Assembly: GCA_026026165.1 (NCBI GenBank)
Contig: JAPEUD010000007.1
Coordinates: 186,001 to 250,000, forward strand
Direction: 5' to 3'
Length of the DNA stretch: 64,000 nucleotides
DNA from: Sarea resinae
Taxonomy: Eukaryota
Part shown: in pieces, positions 1 through 12,744 of the stretch
Numbering within the stretch: position 1 is the stretch's first letter
How the letters are laid out: the number at the start of each line of letters is the position of its first letter
Position numbers and translations under genes: made by a program
Notes under the pieces: model-generated
Database searches by the model: none
What the model saw: the letters and a program-made list of their open reading frames with translations, nothing else
What the model was told of the DNA's origin: nothing

Positions 1-1197
1 TGCAAACTGGCAATCTATACGAAAGTTGATTGGAACCATCCACCAACGTTCTTCAAAGGTACTTCCACCTCGTCTGATTTCATCACCTATCGTTCTAACA
101 ATCCTAGGTCTTGTTGAGAGTCAAGCGCTCGGTGACCTTCATCAAGATGCGCTTGATCTGGCAGACACTGTCACTGATCAGGTTCGATTGCTGGGCCCCA
201 ACAGTCGAACGAAGAAAGCGATTCGTATTTTTGGCCACGTTGGGCAACAGACGCAAGGCTCTCAATTACCATCTGTTGACCTTCCGCCTCTCCCCGACAC
301 GACGAGGCCCATCATAAGACAACGCAGCCTACTTAACCTGCTTCTGGAAGCCTCACTTTCATTGGCCGAGACTACAGCTTCATCTTTCATGATGACGATT
401 TTTGCAATTTTGAAGGCAATTTGGAAAATATCGAGTGCACATGCCATCATACTGAGTCTTCTCATAATGAGCATTTTCAGCAATTCACTCCTTGCTTCCA
501 AGGACACGCTTGAATGGTGGAACGAGCGCAAGGCGAGCAACTTCATGTCAAGGGTCGGAGTAGGGCCGAACATCATGATGAGCAAAGCTGTTTACCTGCG
601 CGATCTGGACGAAGCATTTTCCAACCGTACTGAGATTGTGGATGACCCGGGCAATCGATGGTAAGCGCTTTCTTCGTACTAGACAGAATGACCTCCCTCC
701 AAGGGCTTTAGGGGAACAGGAGCTGACGATGATTTTCCCTAATTATCAGCCTATCAACGTTCCAGACGGTTGCTAGCCTGCACGACATAGATGCGCCACA
801 TCAGTCAGCGGGGGGATCATTTTCGGAACCGTCGACGAAATCGGTAGCACGCCGCCTCCGACGATCTCGACAGCACCTTGGCTCCTACCGGCACGACCTG
901 TTGGTAGCCATGAGGGTTGTCAACAGTATTGAGCGCGAGATGATGAAAGCAGAGTGGGAGAATTGGCTGGTTGACGAAGTCAGTCGATGCAGGCAGGTCC
1001 AGGCTATGCTGGAGGAGAAGAATCGTACTGCAGCCACTGCTAGGCGATCTGCAGGTGAAAAGAAACAGCAGGTGCTGGCGGGAGACGAGCATGAGCGCTT
1101 AGAAGAAGTGAGGTCATGGTATGAATACTACTGCGAAAGCTGTCGAAGGGAACAAGAGAACCTGCTTAATGGGAGACGGCATCTGGTTCTCGAGTAG
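1..1197 (+). CDS. 3' part (5'-truncated) of SIP3/YSP1/LAM1-family membrane-anchored lipid-transfer protein (SipA3-like)
   Basis: Spliced model: exons <1-58, 108-660, 750-1197. Introns 59-107 (GT..CTAAC..TAG) and 661-749 (GTAAGC..CTGAC..CAG) keep the frame. Recognised C-terminal motifs RTKKAIRIFGHVG, a hydrophobic TM segment and YRHDLLVAMRVVNSIEREMMKAEWENWL. Confidence 0.75.
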
Positions 1198-1750
1198 ATG
1201 CTTGATAATCCTTTAAGGCTGGCGCGTTTTGGATCGTTAGTCTCCTGTAGCGGTCATGCTGCAGTTTGGTTTCCTGGGGGACTTGAGGCGATGAGGGTCG
1301 GAAGGCAACATGAGGTCATATGTCGGTGGGGGAGATAGAGGGATGGAAATCGCGCCAGCGATCCCTTGCACATGCGTCTTAGAAATTCCGAAGCTGTATC
1401 CATACTCTTTTTCTTTCTCTACTGTCTACTTCTTTTAGAACAAAACATCGCTCTTTATCGCATTGGCGCGAATGGTTGAGATCGCCGATCATGCCGATCA
1501 TGTACGATTCTCGTCATGAACTCGCGAGTGCACGGTAGTGGTTACACGACACTCGAATTGCAAAATCCTAAACGTGACGAGACTAGGAGTAATACGAGTA
1601 AAGATTCCCCCAGATCTACATCTAACGCTGCGGCTAACCGGATGAGGTACCTTGCCGGCTTCTGGGATACAAACACCTTACTGTCGGCTTCGGCCATTCG
1701 AACTTACGAGCACAGTCGGCTTCGGGGTTACGAACTTGCAGTCTTGCACT

Positions 1751-1862
1751 GAGGGGTCGAGGGGTCGAGGGGTCGAGGACCCTGAGGGGCTAAGGTAGGA
1801 TGTCTAGGGGGCCATCGAGGAGTCTTGATGATTCTCGAACTGTGCTTTTGTCAATATATAAA
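1751..1862 (+). promoter_or_regulatory. O-methyltransferase promoter: (GAGGGGTC)3 repeat / AGGGG (STRE-like) cluster and TATATAAA box
   Basis: AGGGG at 1752, 1760, 1768, 1785 and 1806; TATATAAA at 1855-1862; ATG at 2002. Confidence 0.45.
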
Positions 1863-2001
1863 TGCTCGCAATGCTCGCTGTCGAAATCTCGTATTGATGA
1901 TCTCCCAGTGCCAATTCGAGACTCAAACTGGGCGTGAGTAACTGTACGCACAAGGAAGATCAATAGAATTCCCTTCTTGAACGGCTTTGCAGTCTTACCC
2001 A

Positions 2002-3427
2002 ATGGGTTCATCTTCATCGCCTTTGCTGGATCTGGCCGCCGAAGTGTCAACGGCAGCCAAGACCATCTCCGAATATCTGACTTCACAGAATCTGCCTCAG
2101 CCATCATTTGATGCCGATGGACCAGCCACTTTTCCAGTGCCGCCTTCCAATACCGAGATTCAGCGTGCTCGTCTCGCCCTTATTGAAGCCAGCCACGCTC
2201 TTCATGACCTCGCAGTTGGCCCAACGGATAGTATCAAGCGCCTGCCTTTGATTGTAAGGCGATTGAATCTTTTCAATAGAATGCACTGACGTTGTGTCCA
2301 GGAGAAACACAATCTAGCCGCACTTCAGGTGATCAACAGGTTTCAGATTGCTAAATATGTTCCATTGACGGGAGATATATCCTTCGAAGAGCTCGCCAGC
2401 AAAGTTGGCCTCGACATTGACCGCGTACAGCGGGTCGTTCGGCAGGCGATGACATGCCGTATCTTCACCGAGCCAAGAGATGAATATGTCGCACATACGG
2501 CGACATCCAAACTCCTTCGAGATCCCGGAGTCTCCGCCTGGGTTGGACATAATCTGGAAGAGCATTTTCCGGCAAGCGCTAAATTATCAGATACATTTGA
2601 AAAGTATGAGCATTCAAAGGAGCCGGACCAGTCGGCTCTCACTGTTGCCTTTGACTACTCAGGCTCTTACTGGGACCTTATTACTGAGCATCCCGATCGT
2701 GCCCAACGATTTAGTGACGCTATGGGATGGGCTACCGACGGGGGAGCGTATAGCACGGAGCATTTGGCTAATGGCTTTGACTGGGCCAAGCTTGGTAAAG
2801 CCACCGTTGTCGACGTAAGTCTGACTTCTTTCTTATACGAAATTTTCAAGATCTGACCAAGCCACACAAGGTCGGTGGCTCTGCTGGTTACGTCGGTATT
2901 GCCCTTGCCCAGCGCTTCCCAGATCTCTCCTTTATCGTCCAGGACCTCCCCGTGGTCCGCGAGAGAGCCGATTCTGTCATTCCTGCAAACCTCAAACACC
3001 GCGTCTCGTTCGTGGCCCACGACTTCTTCCAGACCCAACCCTGCTCGGACGCGCATGTCTATATCCTCCGACAGATTCTTCATGACTGGTCGGATCTGCA
3101 TAGCATTAAAATTATACGCTCGTTGATTCCAGCCTTGAATGAGGGCGATCATGTCCTCGTGGTCGACAGCACCTTGAGTCATCCAAATACCGTTCCGCTC
3201 TATTTCGAGAAGGTGATGAGGTAAGGCAGCACAATGATTCTTCTGCTTGCGGGGGTTAACAATTTTGCAGGAGTCTCGATATGCAGATGATGTCTTCTCT
3301 CAATGCCTGCGAGCGCACATTACCGATGTGGGAGGAGCTCTTCCAGCAGGCAGATAAGAGATTTAAGCTTGCAAACGTGGTGACACCGCCAGGGAGTGCA
3401 GTTTCGATCTTGGATTTTGTTTTCTAA
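2002..3427 (+). CDS. Fungal SAM-dependent O-methyltransferase (Methyltransf_2, OmtA/OmtB-like)
   Basis: Exons 2002-2253, 2302-2814, 2871-3220, 3271-3427 splice in frame. Motifs VVDVGGSAG (SAM binding), VQDLP, HDFF, RQILHDWSD, NACERT; N-terminal LPQPSFD and winged-helix region. Confidence 0.92.
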
Positions 3428-5369
3428 GAACAGTACGATAGGTGACGCATGCTAGCAATCATCGTTGGTCGAGTGCCTCTGACCGATGTCTTTCAGGGAC
3501 CGAAGCCCAAGGTACTCAACTCCGTAGAGAGGGCTATGTCCTAGAAAGCCATTTTCTCTTCAGCATGGCCGCTGCTGATCTACACTCCTTAGCTACGTGC
3601 TGGTAACATAAATACTCTATTTCTAGTGAACTTAGCGAAATGCCATAAGATGGGCATCTCGAAGGGTCATTTCGTGAGAACCTCGCAGTATGCGTACAAG
3701 TAGTCGTGATGAAAGGAGTCTTAGGAATTCAGTGAGGTACCTACCTTAGGGTTCCATACTCGGAGTACACACGGGGGTTTGACGTCATTTCGGCGACTGC
3801 CCCTGGCGAGGTCAATGTTTGTTTTGACTACGCGACAACCAGCCTTCTCTTTTCGCGGCATGTCCCTTTTTCGCCATTCCATCTCGCCTCGTCGAATCAG
3901 ATCATGATGTACTACGTAGTATTGGATGCGACGAATGCGAGTGCCTGTCGCGGCCCGCCCCACGCTTACGTAGGGAAAACAATCGATGAGTACGATTACA
4001 GAGTAAGTACTACCTGCAAGGAAAATGGTTGATCTTTCCAGGTTTTCACGTATCGTCAAGATTGGCACCTTGATTGGATGTGCCCTTTGGTGTCCTCTGA
4101 TGCCATGCATTTCGCTTGGTCATCTCACTGGTGCCCGCAGTGATACGTTGGCAACTGAGCATGAAGATCAGCGAGGAGGCAAGCATGGCTGCATCCATCA
4201 CATCGAGCAAGGTCGGTAGAATCCCTTCGTACTCGGAGTACACCATGGCTGGAGGGGACAGTGTATCATGAGCAGATTGCTTGCGTAGAAACAGGGAGCT
4301 GAGAGGGGCGATGCGGATATATCCCCCTCGAGCGGAGAAACGTTGTTCGACGGATATGTTGAGACCTGCCGTTGTTTGCCATTTGGCCCATTTGGCGGTT
4401 GGGCGCACCGTTGAAGATGAATGAGGACGGGAGGAGGCGAGAGGGCCGAGGGCAATGGGCATGGGAGATCCCTACCTTCCCGCGGGAGTCATCCCTACTC
4501 GGGAGTACTACATACAGAAACCTTCATTTCGCCCCTGGTACGAAGGACACGAGGGCGGGAGGCGGGTAGAGCCACAACCCTCCACCCCCAGCCCTGAGCT
4601 CACAGCCCACACCGGTCACGAAGGGTGGCACTACTCTACCAACACAGTGCTACGTGTATTCGCACGCAGTCCGAAATGTCGAGACCGAGTGTCTGGTTTT
4701 GTGACTGTTCCAGCGACCGTCTGACCATAACAACCTACACCGTGCAGCACCAGAAACAAGGTTTTCATCTCTCTAGTAAGGCTGATGCATATCAATGCTT
4801 CTCCGCTTGCATTCTGTACGTCGTGATCCTCTGTAGCTCGTGGCGCGTCTCCAAAGGGAATTAGTCGGTTTGGTTCTTCATGTGTGTATGGGCGGGAAAC
4901 GAATGATGTGAGATTTGCCTGCAGGGGTTGGCGTGGGCAGGGCGCTTGGGCTCGAGCGGGAAGTAAACGAAGAATCTCCAGAACCACAACAACATCAGAG
5001 CAGCAACGCATATGAACAACAACAATAGCCACCATCAATCACCACGCTACCGCAAGCAGCATCTGAGAGTCTCCCATCATAGCGCATCATCATCGTCATC
5101 GTCGCCACCTGTCGTGAACTGCCCTATCCAGTATCACCGAAGACCATTCACCTGAGAGCCGATCTTGCCTGCACGGTCGCATGCTTCATTCCTGTTCATG
5201 AAATTAGCCCAGTCGTCGCTTCAGTTCTACCTCTTCGCACAGAGAACACAGCATGCCATTGCAACCGCACCCATGACGCTAACTGTGGCTGCCGACATTC
5301 CAGGAAGATACCCATTGTGCACTGTCGCGTCTGGCTGGGACAGCGACATAATCGCTGCCCGATTGTACC

Positions 5370-7460
5370 ATGGACCCGCCGCCTCCACCTCCCCCACCTC
5401 ATGGCAGCAATCCGGGGTCCAAGTCCTCAGGGCTCCCGCCGGGCAACTATGACATCTTCATCATTCCACCCCACTCGGCTGGCTCGGGATTCCTTTACCT
5501 GCCTTCCTTGCGACCGCACCGCAACAGTTTCCTGGCCGGAGTCGCGTGCACACTCGTCGGCGTCGGTGTCTGGACAATAATAGGGCCGGTATTGAGGGAA
5601 TGGTTTGCTACGGTCGTCGCCTCGGGAGGCATGGGAGTGGTGATGTTGATGATCGGAGTGGGAATCGCGGGTTGGGCCTGGGGAAAGACACAAGTGGAGA
5701 AGGAAGTGCCAGGACCTGGCGGAGGCACAGGTGGACCAAAATCACATGCTGATGGCAATGCTTACAGCGGCCCGAAACCAGCAGATGCAAGCGGAGCTCA
5801 ACCAGGACCCCAACCAGGGCCTCAACCAGGGCCTCAACCAGGGCCCCAATCGGGACCTCAATATGGACCTACCGGCGCCGGACCTGGCGCCGGACCGGGC
5901 GCGAGACCTAAACCCTCGTGGCAGCGTGCCAACACGGGTGCTCCTGGAGGTGGCGCTAATCGAAGCGGGTGGGAGAAAGCTCGGGAGGAAATGCGAAAAA
6001 GAGAAGAGGAGCGCAAGAGAAAGGAGGAAGAATTGAAGCAGAGGGAGGAAGATCTGAGGAGAAAGGAGGAGGAACAGAAGAAGAGAGAGGCAGAAGAGAG
6101 GCAGAAGGAAGAGGAAGAGAGAAAGGCAAGGGAACAGAAGGAGGAGGCAGAGAGAATGGCAAGAGAGATGAAAGAGGAGGAAGAGAGAAAGGCAAGGGAA
6201 GCGGCTGAAAAGGAGAAATGGGAGAAAGCACGAGCAAGGGAAAAGGCCACCCGTGAACGCGAAGCTAGGGAGAGGATAGCACGGGCAAGGGAAGCCAGAG
6301 AAGCCAGAGAAAAGGCCGCCCGTGAAAAGGAAGCCCAGGAAGCTCAGGAGAAGGAGGCCAAAGAGAAAGAGAGGGAGGCAAAGGAGAAGGAAGAAAAAGA
6401 ACGAGAAGCCAAGGAAAAGGCAGCCAAAGAAAGGGAAGCCAAAGCAAAAGAAGCCAGAGAAAAGGCCGCCAAAGAGCGGGAGGCTAGAGAGAGGAAAGCG
6501 AAGGAGAGCAGGGCACCATCTTCCGTCGGAGGGAAAAGCTATGCTTACGTTAAGAAGCCCCCTCAATCAGCACGGTCTGCTAGTCCTGAGAAAGCTGCGC
6601 CTGCATCTCCCTCGAAAAAGTATGAGAAGCCAACAGCAAAATCCTACCTGGGAACGGAAGAAGAAAGCTACTCTTATCGCCCCTACGACAAACCCAAACG
6701 ACCTACCAAGGCTGCTTCACAGTCTTCGTACTATTCGGAGTCTTCTTACGCTCCGTCTCAGTCCACTGCTCGCACAACTCCACCACCGTCTAATCGAGGA
6801 GCGTACTCGACTAAAGATCCGGACAAGATAGTCTTAAGAGGAGTATACGTCTTTACCAACGCATTTCCGAAGCTGCCCACTGCACAGTTGGTCTCAGGTG
6901 TAGGGAGTGTCACCGATGGACTCATATTTAGAATAACTACGGAAGGTCTCTTTATCGATGACGATGTTAGGGGCGTGCCACAGAGAGAATGGGATGTCAA
7001 GGCTTGGACATTGAAACTTGTCGAGGTATGGTGCCCCCAGTTGAGAGCGAGCATTGGCTCTTCTGCTGCGTCTGGTTCTGGTCCGCAACGAAGTTCAAAC
7101 CCCATGCGTCGAATCTGGAATGATTCGAAGCCCTCGGAACCTACGAGCGAGGAGACGGATCTTTTGTTGCAGAAACTGTTGGGAACTTGCAAATCCAAGT
7201 GTGCTACCAATTACTCGAGTAGACCTGACGCGCATGGTGCATTACAGAGCGGCGATTTCAAGGGCTTACATGTCCTGAGAGTGAACATCAGAGACCAAGA
7301 AGGCAAGAGATATGTCTTTGTCCTCGAGGAGGAAGAGGCTTGGAAAGTTGCGGTTGGGCTACAAAGATTAAGACGTGGGACGCAAGTGAGAGCGCTTGGC
7401 GTTAGTGGAATGGGCTTGAATGAGACAAGAATTATTCTGGACAATCTAGGATATGTTTGA
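5370..7460 (+). CDS. Conserved fungal protein: two N-terminal TM helices, PQPG repeats, long E/K/R/A coiled coil, C-terminal PH-like domain
   Basis: 696-aa ORF with hydrophobic segments (FLAGVACTLVGVGVWTII; MGVVMLMIGVGIAGWAWG), a charged repeat region and a globular C-terminus. Possible in-frame intron at 7026-7247. Confidence 0.85.
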   Translation: MDPPPPPPPPHGSNPGSKSSGLPPGNYDIFIIPPHSAGSGFLYLPSLRPHRNSFLAGVACTLVGVGVWTIIGPVLREWFATVVASGGMGVVMLMIGVGIAGWAWGKTQVEKEVPGPGGGTGGPKSHADGNAYSGPKPADASGAQPGPQPGPQPGPQPGPQSGPQYGPTGAGPGAGPGARPKPSWQRANTGAPGGGANRSGWEKAREEMRKREEERKRKEEELKQREEDLRRKEEEQKKREAEERQKEEEERKAREQKEEAERMAREMKEEEERKAREAAEKEKWEKARAREKATREREARERIARAREAREAREKAAREKEAQEAQEKEAKEKEREAKEKEEKEREAKEKAAKEREAKAKEAREKAAKEREARERKAKESRAPSSVGGKSYAYVKKPPQSARSASPEKAAPASPSKKYEKPTAKSYLGTEEESYSYRPYDKPKRPTKAASQSSYYSESSYAPSQSTARTTPPPSNRGAYSTKDPDKIVLRGVYVFTNAFPKLPTAQLVSGVGSVTDGLIFRITTEGLFIDDDVRGVPQREWDVKAWTLKLVEVWCPQLRASIGSSAASGSGPQRSSNPMRRIWNDSKPSEPTSEETDLLLQKLLGTCKSKCATNYSSRPDAHGALQSGDFKGLHVLRVNIRDQEGKRYVFVLEEEEAWKVAVGLQRLRRGTQVRALGVSGMGLNETRIILDNLGYV
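5799..5870 (+). repeat. 12-bp coding tandem repeat (CAACCAGGGCCT-like) encoding QPGP repeats
   Basis: About six degenerate copies read directly from the sequence. Confidence 0.85.
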
Positions 7461-8748
7461 GTCGCGGACGAAAGCGTAGGATATGGTTTCCCAGGCTAGA
7501 AGCTCGCCGATAGTATCGCGGACTCCGATGATTTGGCTCGATCTGCAGCCGCTTCTCCATAAATAAGGACACCAGGATTCGATGTGACACCCTCTTACAT
7601 TTTCAGCATCTTACACTGTCATTTGGCCTCCTTTTTGGTTCGTCATCGCCACATACTACAACACGTTGTCAGGCTGCGCTTTCCGATTTCGATTACGATG
7701 GACTTCACCCATTTTCAGAGGACCCCATACTTTGCATCAGCATATCATCAGCGAAGGAGTTTTCCGCCCTTTTATTTTCTCCATGTCTTCTTCTTTTTTT
7801 TTACATGTTACATACCCCTTGAACGTTTGTCTAAAAAGTTTACCTTGAAAGACGCGATTTCGGGCTTGCTCCAGTCAGCATGTACAATCAGGATCTCGTT
7901 TCAGCGATTCATCGTACAAACACTCATGCACACATACGAGGGGGCGATGACTGTGATCTGCGCTTGACTCTCGGTCGAGCAGCGAATTGAACGAAGACTC
8001 AGCGATGGCGTCTTAGGGCTGATGTTGTAGTGATGTATCTGTACCTACCTACCTTACCTACATCCTTTCATAGAAAGCTATATGTGACGACAAAACTCAA
8101 TTCTAGATCCTTGGGATGAGTAGGTGCTTAGCGGGCATAATGAGCACCCTGGGCAGAAAGCTGTGGGACTGAATTTTCTTGTCCTTCACGATTCACATAA
8201 CATACCTTATCCGTTCGAATGCAATGACGTCCAGTAGTTGAAGCATTATTGACCTACAATCCCTCCGATTAACGTACTATTCTAGATAGCAATAAGACTA
8301 TGACAATTGAACTAGAACCTGAGATTCCCTAAACAGCGGACATGCTGGCGATAAGCTGGTAATTTTGCTCTGCTGCGTTCTGTGCCGTGTCGCTAATCCT
8401 CGATACGGAAGGTAGGCCCGCAGGCAACAGCGCATTCCACCCTACACCATGTCATCCCGCTCCCGAAGACGAGGCCAAGCGGGGAAGACGGCTGGGCTGG
8501 ATGTGAGTCCATGGCAATGGACCAACCAACTTCCATACATCCATATGCATGTGTACGCGGCCTATCCATGGGTTATTGTGATGCAATTGACTGCGATGAC
8601 TCTGGCTGACATCGGCAGCATATTTTCTAAAAGCCTCTGAGAAGCGCCTTTGGGTCCTTGGGCTGGTCTCAATCTCTATGAAAATTCCGGGACTGCTCTT
8701 TTTTTAGCTTGGAGAGAGTTATCCTGAATCAACTTGGAACCGTTCACG

Positions 8749-10775
8749 ATGTCTTCAAATCTGTATGACGCGGGCAGCGATGCGGACTCTTTCAGTGAAG
8801 AGTTGAGTCCAACCGATGGTTACTTTGGCCAGCGATCTCATCCGCAAGATATGCTCATTCGCAACCCCGAAGCCCCTACAAACTCGGAGTCCAAAGCTCA
8901 TGGAGCTCGAGAAGAGTCCGAGGAAAGCACAGCAAGCCCCGCAAGCAATCGGCGAGCATCTTCAAATTTCCCGCACAGATCAGAATCCCCGACTTTTACA
9001 GAGCACTCGTCTTTGCTACTTTCTCAACCGCCCCCGCCAGCTTATTCGGCTGCACCCAGCCAGCCGCCTTTCAACGCCTTTCATGGTAACAACAATGGTG
9101 GGCCAGCCGCTGGAGTCGAGGAAATACTTTCAGGAGCCAATACGCAAGCTGGACTTTCGGGCGTTCTCAATGGGACCCCTGGTATGCAAAGTATGAGTAG
9201 CCCCGAAGATCCCGAAACGGATGACTTGGGTGAGGCATTCAGAAGGACTAGACGGAAGCGAAGGCTCTGCAACTGGTCTCGAAGGAATTTCGTGAAATCC
9301 TTAATCATGTTCCTGATCGTGGGACTAAGCATGTTGGCTGTTTTTCTAGTTCTCATAGTACCTAAAACCCCCTCAAAGGTGTGCCAGAGAGCTTGTCGAT
9401 TCCTTCAGTAGATAGCTAACTTTGCAAGGAAAATAAGCCTGGAGGCTCTCCAGACCAGCCCAGCAAAGCCATCGATCCTCAGTTCCCGCCGACGCCTAGC
9501 AACCCTAGCAAGGTGATTGAGTCTCCGGCTCCCCCAAAGCTCAGCAAGCCCAGCCAGGTGGCAAATCCCAGATTCCCAAATTGCCAGTCGGCAGCGGTTG
9601 CGGATGTGGCGAACATTTCGTTCAACTTCGAGGACCCTGCAGCGTTTGCCTTCTATCACTTCTTTGAGGATTATACATCTCAATACTCTGGTGATGTAAG
9701 AGTATCCACCACTGGTGAGGTTAACGTCAAGCCTGCACAAGGAGAGACTCATACGCCAATTAAGATCGACATCCAAATCCTAGCGTCCGATCCACATTTA
9801 CTGGAGACTCTTCGCTTCGAGAGCACAGCATCTACTCTTTCACTCTATACACCTCCTTATATCAGAGAATCTAATCCGAGCTCCTCAAGCGAGTGCTTAA
9901 GGGTCCTTGCTGACATCTGGGTTGCCCCTGGGCTTGCTCTCAATGAATTGGGAATCGCAACTGGCTCTCTTGACATCCGCTTGCTGGAGAAGCTAGATTT
10001 CTCTGTGAAAAACACCACTGCTCTCACATCTATCTCTGGAAACATTCACACTCCATCGAATGCTGTCGAACTCAACTCTCGCACCACAATCATTGACACT
10101 GTAAGTGGGACCGTCTCGGGAAACTTCGAGCTCCTCGACCTTCTCTCTGTCAAAACAAAGTCGGGCACTATCGATATCGGCGTCACACCAAAGAAGAGCT
10201 CAGCATCGCAACCTGCACCTGCAGAGTTCATCACTAAAACTATATCGGGAACCATCAAAGTCGACTTTCCCATTCGACATAATTCCAACATACCCCCTCG
10301 AGACTATCGTACTGATGTGCAGAGCGTCTCTGGGTCTGTCTTCGGCAGCTATCTTCATGGCACCAGAACTAAGTTCTCTACTATATCCGGCACTATCAAA
10401 GCCTCTCTGCTCGCAGTAGGACCCATTGAAGATGACTCCTATCTGGAGACTTTTACCCGCTCGGGAGACACGACTTTGAACATCCTACCGCCTATCAGCT
10501 ATGGCGGCAAGCCAATGAGGCACTTGAACGCGAACCACCAGTCCACTTCTGCCACTCTGAATCTTCAGTATCCCGGAGAATGGGAGGGCGAGATTGCGGG
10601 CTCTAGTCTTAGTGGCTCCATTGACGTGGCCGGCAAGGGCGTCAAGGTTGTGAGAGACGGGAAAGAGAATATCATCTGGAGGAATATCGTTGCTCGGAAG
10701 GGCCACGGAGATGGCGAGGCCACATTCAAGTCGATATCTGGATCGGTGAGTCTTGTCGTCGGAACAAGAATCTGA
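8749..10775 (+). CDS. Type II membrane protein with DUF4097/putative adhesin-like beta-repeat domain
   Basis: Exons 8749-9378 and 9429-10775 (intron GTGTGC..GCTAAC..AAG, in frame). PPPPAY motif, basic stretch then a single TM helix, followed by many T/S-x-S-G-x-I/V repeats. Confidence 0.8.
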
Positions 10776-12744
10776 GACCTGCGGATTCATTTCTGGCTTG
10801 TATTGTTTCTGTGCTTGAGGTCATAGTAATAGCGGAGCGACATGTTGAAACGAAGTAATCATAATTTTCCTGGGGGGAGGGGGGCGGGAAGTTCTCACGA
10901 TAATGATGATGATGCGATGGACTGGACGGGTGTTAGGCATATTTGCTCGGTGGATCTTCAAACTTCTTCTTTTTTGGCTTATTCATGCAAAAGATCCTTG
11001 GGAGTCATTCTCATCAATACAAACGAGAGAACATATGGACGAGTAGGTTATATCTGCTCAGGTAGGGTACATAATCAGAGAAGATTTTTCCGAGTTCTTT
11101 CTTGCGAATTAGATGTGCATGGCGATTCTCGTTGAATTTGTAATTATCTGTAATATTGTTGAGGTCAGTCAACAATAAGGAGTCTCGCTATTCCTATGAT
11201 CTATACACGAACACTGTGCCAACATGTCTGCGAAGTCAAAGTCTACCTAGTAGGTAGCAGGGCATGTGAATCGTAAGCTCCCCCGTACCATCCATGGATA
11301 TCCTAACAACCTCTTTTCGGACACCGGTCGGATGTCGCTCCCCCACAGGAGCAATGTCGCAATGTCACGACTATCGTCGTTGCTATTTCTGTCTCGTCGA
11401 TGCACGCACCAGAAGAGTCGTCGACGTTTATCCGTCCTTGCCGCTGGTGCGTCCGCTCGCATTCTGAAGCACGCGTGTGGCGGGATGGATCCTGTATGCT
11501 GCATCATGATGATCCTGCAGCAGTTGCGAAACACACCCATAGAAGCGAAAAAGAAAGCATCTCGACCATCCTAACTACTAATGACTTCCCTGACCAGGTA
11601 CAGACGCCGCTTTCGGTATTCTCCTTCCAAACCAAGATATAGCAAACACCTTATCTGTGATCCGTGACAGCATGATCCACGCCTCGCGGTCCAGGGCCAA
11701 TGTCTTGCATCTTCGCGCGCTGGCTCTGGTCCGGGACGACGCTTTTCCCATACGTGCCAATCGGCCGAGAAGGGGAGAATGCTGAGAGAAAAGACCGACG
11801 GAAGCTCTTCGCGAGAGTTTCGAACGTGAAACCGATTACGAGAGAAAGAGGGGCAATGATCTACCTCTTGGCTAGCGACTATCCCGCGGACATGTCCCTT
11901 CCGGGAAGCGTGCTCCGCGAGATGGCGATGGCTTTCTGATCGCCCCTTTCGAATGCTGTTGAAGATGACGGCTTGAGTTACTAAAGGATGCGTCGGACCC
12001 TTAATGCTCTGCCCTTCCCCCCTTATGTGCGCCTCAATGTGGCCGTCGTCTTAGCCCGACAGGCCTTGGGGGCGTTCCTGCATCATGGAAAATCCGAAAT
12101 GGCCTTGAACCCGGGCGCTAGGGAATAGATCTGTTTGTTTGCTGAGGAGCCTTGCTATGGTACTAACTAGAGAGAGTTGTGAGGAGTAGGAGGTCTCTTC
12201 TTATGGCCTGGGTGCGATGGCTTCTCTGTGCTTCAGATCCCTTTTGAGTGACGGGCAGGGGCCAGGCCGATGAGGGGGTCCGGGTTTGGTCGATGAAGAT
12301 ATTTTTATAGTCGTGGGGAGCCTTGTTCTGCTAACCTCCGATCTCTCAATCTATCGTCCTTTGATTCCGTGTTCAATTCCTCAGGAGCAGGCACTCTGTT
12401 TTTTGCTTATAAAGAGATTGAATTCTCCGGTTTCATTCATTGATATATCTGGGCTCTATTGCAATTGTTCCGATTTTTACCCGCCTGGCTTCTGATCAGC
12501 TCATTGTGTTTTGCGCCCGCCTCCGGATTCAAGACTACCTAGTCTGATTGATGTAAGAGACTATACGGACCCTCTGGGCTATCCATGATTCCACTCACTC
12601 CATTATTGGAGAAGTGGATACATGCTCCGTTTCTGCGTTTCGCGGGACTTGATTGAAGACATTACTGATATGTCGGCTTCAGAAGATCGCCGAACCTCGT
12701 TCTACGCCTCTCGGAAGATTAAGTTATTCATTTGCGGCGCCATT

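Noticed and set aside
5742..6566. 274-aa antisense Leu/Phe-rich ORF and similar long shadow ORFs (19041-19523, 40628-41323, 57686-58261)
   Set aside because: These are by-products of repetitive or GC-rich sense-strand coding sequence.
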